Source of the DNA: an uncultured bacterium
GTDB taxonomy: Bacteria; Acidobacteriota; HRBIN11; JAKEFK01
Direction: 5' to 3'
DNA: 64,000 nt
NCBI GenBank assembly: GCA_963777505.1
Contig: CAVZQN010000004.1
Span: 1,696,001 to 1,760,000 of the forward strand
The position numbers and the translations under genes are program-made. Under the pieces are notes generated by a model. That model saw only the letters and a program-made list of their open reading frames with translations. It was not told where the DNA came from and did not search any database. Position 1 is the first letter of the stretch. Each line of letters starts with the position of its first letter. Of this stretch, positions 59,027 through 64,000 are shown one piece after another.

Positions 59027-59935
59027 TCAGGTCATGGATTTTTTTCTTTCGGAATCCTTTTCCCGAAGTAACTGCATCCATTCAATCGTTTCGCGGCGGG
59101 CAGGTTTTCGTTGATGCCTGACACGTGGCCATCCAAAGATGGCAGAGAAAACTCCATGGACCCACGCGGTCAGTGGTTTACGCTGGCGCAGGTTTTGAAT
59201 AAAACTGCGCTGAAGAAAATGAAAAGACTCGCCGATTGTCATACTACGCGGATAGTAAATCCAGACATACCACAAATAATTTCTGGTTGAATGCATCGTC
59301 TGGTTGTAGATGCTTCGTGACGTTGGTGATTCTCTATGGCTAACTGCAATGTCAGGAAAGTATCGAATTTCGTAATCTGAATCCCAGATCCGGGTCGCGA
59401 GATCTACTTCGCTGTGGTACACAAAAAATTCCGGCAAATAAACACCGGTTTGTTTAAGGATATCCGTTCGAAATGCTACCCCGCCGCCATCAAATGTACT
59501 GCAAGGATATCCTTCAAGATCGTTCCCTTTTTCCACCCAGTACTTCGGATTGTTTGGAGACAACGTTCCGTCTGGCTTGCGAACCTGCAACGCAACGGCG
59601 CCAAGTTTAGCGTTTGCATGAAGTGCGCTCACGATTCGTTCGAGCGTATTTTTTTGCAGTAAATCCATATCATTATCAATCAGAACAAGAACGCTTCCAG
59701 CCGCTGAAGATATTCCTTCGTTATAACCTTGCACGCCTATGTTTTCCTTTAGAGCGACTATCTTAATTTCAGGAAACGTTTTACTGATCATTTCGATCGA
59801 ACCATCAGTGGAACCATTGTCTACCATCAAGATTTCTTTGTATTCGTAAGTTTGTTCTTGAATAAGCGAAAGAGTTTTAGCTACATCTTCTTTGCGGTTC
59901 CAATTCAAAGTGATGACAGAAACGAGCGGATTCAT
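59027..59935 (-). CDS. Glycosyltransferase family 2
   Basis: VSVITLNWN, VDNGSTDGS, IDND, FFVYHSEVDL. Confidence 0.9.
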   Translation of the reverse strand: MNPLVSVITLNWNRKEDVAKTLSLIQEQTYEYKEILMVDNGSTDGSIEMISKTFPEIKIVALKENIGVQGYNEGISSAAGSVLVLIDNDMDLLQKNTLERIVSALHANAKLGAVALQVRKPDGTLSPNNPKYWVEKGNDLEGYPCSTFDGGGVAFRTDILKQTGVYLPEFFVYHSEVDLATRIWDSDYEIRYFPDIAVSHRESPTSRSIYNQTMHSTRNYLWYVWIYYPRSMTIGESFHFLQRSFIQNLRQRKPLTAWVHGVFSAIFGWPRVRHQRKPARRETIEWMQLLREKDSERKKSMT

Positions 59936-60462
59936 TCGTGGATTGAAGCGAATACTTGATGTACCAGTGACTCAGGTTCAGTGGAGTAGAGAACTACAGC
60001 GCGGTTTCCTGGTTTTGCGAGTGAAGGGAGCCATTCTTTAAAATGATTGCAAAATCCTCCGCTTCCTTCCAGAATTCCGATAATTTTTTCTTCATCGTAG
60101 GCCAAAGTTAATTCGTTCAATGTGCCCATGCTTCCTCCGATGAAAATGGCAGCATCACTTGCACGTACATTCAGAAGATTTCTTCCGTGTGAGCCTAAGC
60201 CCGTATAAACAATCCAGCTGTGACCCGTAACAGGCAGTCCGCGCTGAACGTGATCTTGTTTGTTGAAAGCAGGTGAGAAGCCGATCACTTCGCCGCCAGC
60301 CGCTGTGGCGCCGCGAGCAGCAGCGAACGAATATCCGGTTGTGGCTCCAGTGATCAATGTTGCACCCTGTTCTGCGATGAGCTTTCCGGTTTTGATGGCA
60401 TTCTCTTCCATCCTTGGATCCCAAATGACTGAGGAACCAAGAACTCCAACGGTTCTTTTCAT
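59932..60462 (-). CDS. LOG/SLOG-family (TIGR00725-like) nucleotide-binding protein
   Basis: LITGATTG, GRNLLNV, GGSMGTLNE. Confidence 0.85.
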   Translation of the reverse strand: MKRTVGVLGSSVIWDPRMEENAIKTGKLIAEQGATLITGATTGYSFAAARGATAAGGEVIGFSPAFNKQDHVQRGLPVTGHSWIVYTGLGSHGRNLLNVRASDAAIFIGGSMGTLNELTLAYDEEKIIGILEGSGGFCNHFKEWLPSLAKPGNRAVVLYSTEPESLVHQVFASIHE

Positions 60463-60480
60463 AACTTCATCATACCATTC

Positions 60481-60588
60481 GGAGCGCGGACATCCTTGTC
60501 CGCATTAAGGGTCGCAGGCATCTTGCCTGCATGAAAATTGCGGACTGGAAGTCCGCGACCCGTAATGCAGGCTGGAAGCCTGCGCTCC
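60481..60588. repeat. Complete family B REPIN (two inverted doublets)
   Basis: Left doublet nearly identical to 48561-48609; inverted right doublet ends GCGCTCC. Confidence 0.85.
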
Positions 60589-60650
60589 GTTGTGTCTCTG
60601 CGGTAAAAAATGTCTCTGGTTTATAATGAGTCATAGGTATCGGAGGACTC

Positions 60651-61721
60651 ATGAAAAAACTGTGCAGCCTGTTTCTACTCATCTCTTTTACGGTGGCTTC
60701 ACTTGCTTACGCCGCATATCCCGAAGAGTATCCCATTTATCTTCGTATGCTTGGATTCTCAAAAGATGAAGTGCACTACATGCAAAAGGGAAGAATGGTT
60801 ACGCATTCGATTGAAAATAAAGCTCCCGGTGAATTTGGAATTGTTGCTGCGCAGGTTTATAACGTTCCCGTTTATTTTTTCAGAGACTTCTATCGATATG
60901 CCGAAAATTATGGAAGCATTTTGAATTTTCAACAAATCGGTAAATTCAAATCAAAACCAGACCTTCAGGATCTAAGAGCTCTCAGGTTTACGGAATCGGA
61001 TATGCGCGAATTCCTAAACTGCCGCACAGAAACCTGTGATCTCATGTTAACGCCTGATGAAAGAAAGCTTGTTCCTGAAAGTCCAGATATCAGTACATCA
61101 AAAGGAGTGGAAGCATTTACCGATGTTTACAGGCAAATTCTTCTTGACCGTTTGATGAAGTATAAGAGCAAAGGAATTCAGAGTTTTAATGATGCGGCTG
61201 AAAGCAATTACGATGTCTCATCCGATTTAGTTGAGGAACATCTTCACAGGTTTCCTCATATTCAGGCGTACTTTCCTCTTCTCCATAACCAGATTCTGGA
61301 ATATCCAAATACGAAAAACTTATCGGACGAATTCTTCTTTTGGACTAAAGAGCAAATGGGAGGGAAGACTATTATCAACCTGAGACACGTCTTCTCACAA
61401 AGAGTTGGCGAGGATTATGTCCAGGCTTCGATTTTGGTTTATAGCAGCCATTCATTTTTATCTTCTATCAACATCACACATTTGATCAATTACAGCGACA
61501 GGCAGGAGCCTCGAACTCTCGTAGTTTCAATGCAAAGGACAATTACAGATTTGCATGGAAATTTTATCAAGTCGATCGGACGGAATGTTTTACGTAGCAA
61601 TCTTGAAAGGCGTGCATCCGCATGGATAAAAGAAGTTGGTGAGACAATGGAAGAACGATATCTAAATAATGAGCTCTATCGAAATTTTCCGTATGGTTTA
61701 TTGGCTAGAGATCAAAGATGA
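60651..61721 (+). CDS. Exported hypothetical protein
   Basis: GGAGG RBS, signal peptide ending AYA, 356-aa ORF. Confidence 0.7.
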   Translation: MKKLCSLFLLISFTVASLAYAAYPEEYPIYLRMLGFSKDEVHYMQKGRMVTHSIENKAPGEFGIVAAQVYNVPVYFFRDFYRYAENYGSILNFQQIGKFKSKPDLQDLRALRFTESDMREFLNCRTETCDLMLTPDERKLVPESPDISTSKGVEAFTDVYRQILLDRLMKYKSKGIQSFNDAAESNYDVSSDLVEEHLHRFPHIQAYFPLLHNQILEYPNTKNLSDEFFFWTKEQMGGKTIINLRHVFSQRVGEDYVQASILVYSSHSFLSSINITHLINYSDRQEPRTLVVSMQRTITDLHGNFIKSIGRNVLRSNLERRASAWIKEVGETMEERYLNNELYRNFPYGLLARDQR

Positions 61722-62104
61722 ATCGTCCTCCTTTAAAAGGAATCAGACATCTCGCCCTCAAAGTTCAAAATATGAATGCAATGCGACACTTTTATGTCGA
61801 TATTATGGGATTTGAAATTGAGTGGGAGCCTGATCCGGAGAATATTTATTTAACTTCAGGCTCTGACAATCTTGCCTTACATCAAGTTTCAGAAGTTGTT
61901 TCAAAAGGAGTGTTGGATCATCTTGGAATTCTCGTTGAGCATCCTGATCAGGTTGATTTATGGGCGGAATATTTGATTTCGAATGGAGTAAAGCTTAAAG
62001 CGCCGCCTCGAACACATAGAGATGGTGCGCGTTCTACATATTTCCCCGATCCGGAAGGAAATATGATTCAATTGATTTATCATCCTCCAATCAGCGGGAA
62101 ATAA
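61718..62104 (+). CDS. VOC/glyoxalase family protein
   Basis: GIRHLAL, FYVDIMG, DHLG, YFPDPEGN. Confidence 0.9.
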   Translation: MNRPPLKGIRHLALKVQNMNAMRHFYVDIMGFEIEWEPDPENIYLTSGSDNLALHQVSEVVSKGVLDHLGILVEHPDQVDLWAEYLISNGVKLKAPPRTHRDGARSTYFPDPEGNMIQLIYHPPISGK

Positions 62105-62133
62105 GATTCACCGCAAAGACACAGAGTAGGTTT

Positions 62134-62907
62134 ATGGAAGCGAACATTCAAGAACAGTTGTTGTATGGCGATCTGACGGCACGCATCCGAAGACTATTAG
62201 AGCCGGTTGCGCATGATTCATTTTTATTTTTTGAAGACACAGTGCGATTGTTGGAGGCTGAAATTCCACCAGGCGCAAAAGTATTTGATGCAGGATGTGG
62301 ACGCGGCACGATTACAGCCTGGCTTGCGGCACGCGGCTGTAATGTTGTTGCAGTAGACTCAAGCAGTCAAAGAATTGCTCAAACACGAAATTTGTTGCAT
62401 GAGAAAGGACTCGATCAAAACATAAAACTGGAAGAATCACATCTTCCAGATGCATTTCCTGAAGATAGCTTTGATGTAATCCTGGATTGCTTTTCGTTAT
62501 GGCACATTTCCGATTGGGGAAGGCTCTTTAATCTAGCCAAGTTGAATCTGAAGCCTCAAGGCAAGTTCATCATTCTTGATACTTTCTTCGGATGGAAAAC
62601 AACCTTGGAATTTCGTCAGCAAATGCGAGAACTGTGGATGACGGCTCCATTGACTTACAATGAATGCCGCAACATGTTGATCAAGCGCGATTTCAGACTT
62701 GCAAAAGCTGAATCGATTCAAGATTTGTATTCAAAATATTTAGGCGCGCTCATTGCAAAAATTCATGAACTCGAAAAGGAAGATCTTGGTACGCTCGATC
62801 CTGCAGAACTACAGAAAGTGAAAGCGATGTGGGAATGGTTTCATAAAGCTGCGAAGGATGAAGAACTTGTTGCCACAATGATTGTCGCTCAGCTTACGGA
62901 GGCGTAG
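62134..62907 (+). CDS. Class I SAM-dependent methyltransferase
   Basis: [19 protein letters not shown]. Confidence 0.85.
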   Translation: MEANIQEQLLYGDLTARIRRLLEPVAHDSFLFFEDTVRLLEAEIPPGAKVFDAGCGRGTITAWLAARGCNVVAVDSSSQRIAQTRNLLHEKGLDQNIKLEESHLPDAFPEDSFDVILDCFSLWHISDWGRLFNLAKLNLKPQGKFIILDTFFGWKTTLEFRQQMRELWMTAPLTYNECRNMLIKRDFRLAKAESIQDLYSKYLGALIAKIHELEKEDLGTLDPAELQKVKAMWEWFHKAAKDEELVATMIVAQLTEA

Positions 62908-62912
62908 TCCGC

Positions 62913-64000
62913 ATGAAGCGCGCGAATAAGAAAAGCGTTGTCGCTGGTTCGGACGAAAAAATAACTTCCGTTTTGAGCGAAAAGCGATTATTCAAGCCGA
63001 AAGTTGAATTTTCAAAAAATGCAGAAATAAAATCGTTTGCACAATACAGGCGTTTGTATCAACAATCGGTCCGGAGTCCTGAGAAGTTTTGGGCAAAAGT
63101 TGCAAGTGAGCTTCATTGGTTCAAGAAATGGAAAAAGGTACTTGAATGGAAACTGCCATTTGCAAAGTGGTTTGTTGACGGCAAAATCAATCTCTCCTAC
63201 AACTGCCTGGATCGCCACCTGGATACGTGGCGCAAGAATAAGGCTGCGATTATTTGGGAAGGAGAGCCTGGCGATTCAAGAACTCTTACCTATCAACAAC
63301 TTCATCGCGAGGTTTGCAAGTTTGCAAACGTTCTAAAAGCACTCGGTGTGAAATCGGGCGATCGTGTTGTCTTATACATGCCGCTCATTCCTGAGCTTGC
63401 GATCGCAATGCTTTCGTGTGCGCGAATCGGCGCAACACATTCAGTTATTTTCGGAGGTTTCAGTTCTCAAGCATTGGTGGATCGAATTACTGATGCACAA
63501 GCTCGCGTCATCGTGACTGCTGATGGTGGCTTTCGAAGAGGAAATGTTGTTCCGTTGAAACAGAATGTGGATGAAGCCGTCAGGAAGCTTCCGTTTGTTG
63601 AAAGTGTTGTTGTGTTTAAACGAACTGGCAGTGAAATCAGCATGGAGCCAGGCAGAGATCACTGGTGGCATGCATTGATGGAAAATGCCTCGGATGTTTG
63701 TGAAGCTGAAAAATTGGATTCGGAACATCCGCTTTTTATCCTTTATACAAGCGGCACAACTGGAAAACCGAAAGGTGTTGTTCATACGACAGGCGGATAC
63801 TTGACGGGCGTTTACATCACAACAAAATGGATTTTTGACATCAAAGATACGGATACATACTGGTGTACTGCTGACATTGGCTGGGTCACCGGACATTCCT
63901 ATGTCGTTTATGGACCACTTGCGAATGGCGCTACTTCCGTGATGTATGAAGGCGCGCCGAATTGGCCTGAGCCGGATCGTTTTTGGCGGATTATAGACAA
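62913..64000 (+). CDS. acs: Acetyl-CoA synthetase, truncated at window end
   Basis: Frame from ATG 62913 (GGAGG RBS) reads [10 protein letters not shown], with [26 protein letters not shown] and [11 protein letters not shown] further on. Confidence 0.95.
   Translation, partial: MKRANKKSVVAGSDEKITSVLSEKRLFKPKVEFSKNAEIKSFAQYRRLYQQSVRSPEKFWAKVASELHWFKKWKKVLEWKLPFAKWFVDGKINLSYNCLDRHLDTWRKNKAAIIWEGEPGDSRTLTYQQLHREVCKFANVLKALGVKSGDRVVLYMPLIPELAIAMLSCARIGATHSVIFGGFSSQALVDRITDAQARVIVTADGGFRRGNVVPLKQNVDEAVRKLPFVESVVVFKRTGSEISMEPGRDHWWHALMENASDVCEAEKLDSEHPLFILYTSGTTGKPKGVVHTTGGYLTGVYITTKWIFDIKDTDTYWCTADIGWVTGHSYVVYGPLANGATSVMYEGAPNWPEPDRFWRIID

Noticed and set aside
63012-63896. Short ORFs at the window end, and other antisense/nested ORFs in the track
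   Set aside because: They are shadows of acs and other well-supported genes, with no recognisable motifs.

Overview
Bacterial chromosomal window, moderately AT-rich. The gene repertoire and repeat families suggest an Acidobacteriota-like lineage (low-confidence inference). About 58 CDS were identified. They include a split b6-type Rieske/cytochrome b complex with an octaheme cytochrome c; a co-directional run pspA - FHA/GAF adenylate cyclase - HD-GYP - TPR - roadblock - ftsY - ribD/E/BA - cNMP protein - ffh; two large sensor kinases; pncB-nadE; an archaeal-type rtcB; ndh; a FabF/FAD-oxidoreductase/B12 radical-SAM/ICMT/YceI lipid-modification cluster; and a truncated acs. No rRNA, canonical tRNA, CRISPR array or transposase was seen. 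Intergenic spaces carry several REP-like and short dispersed repeat families. Three genes have single-base indels that look like assembly errors. The most striking unexplained signal is a ~170-nt structured RNA candidate starting just after the stop codon of a DIP1984-family gene. It has a 12-bp terminal stem enclosing a tRNA-like three-hairpin domain with a canonical T-arm and a 72-nt A/C-rich tract with 7-nt periodicity, making it a candidate uncharacterised protein-ncRNA module. All calls are from motif reading, with no database searches.
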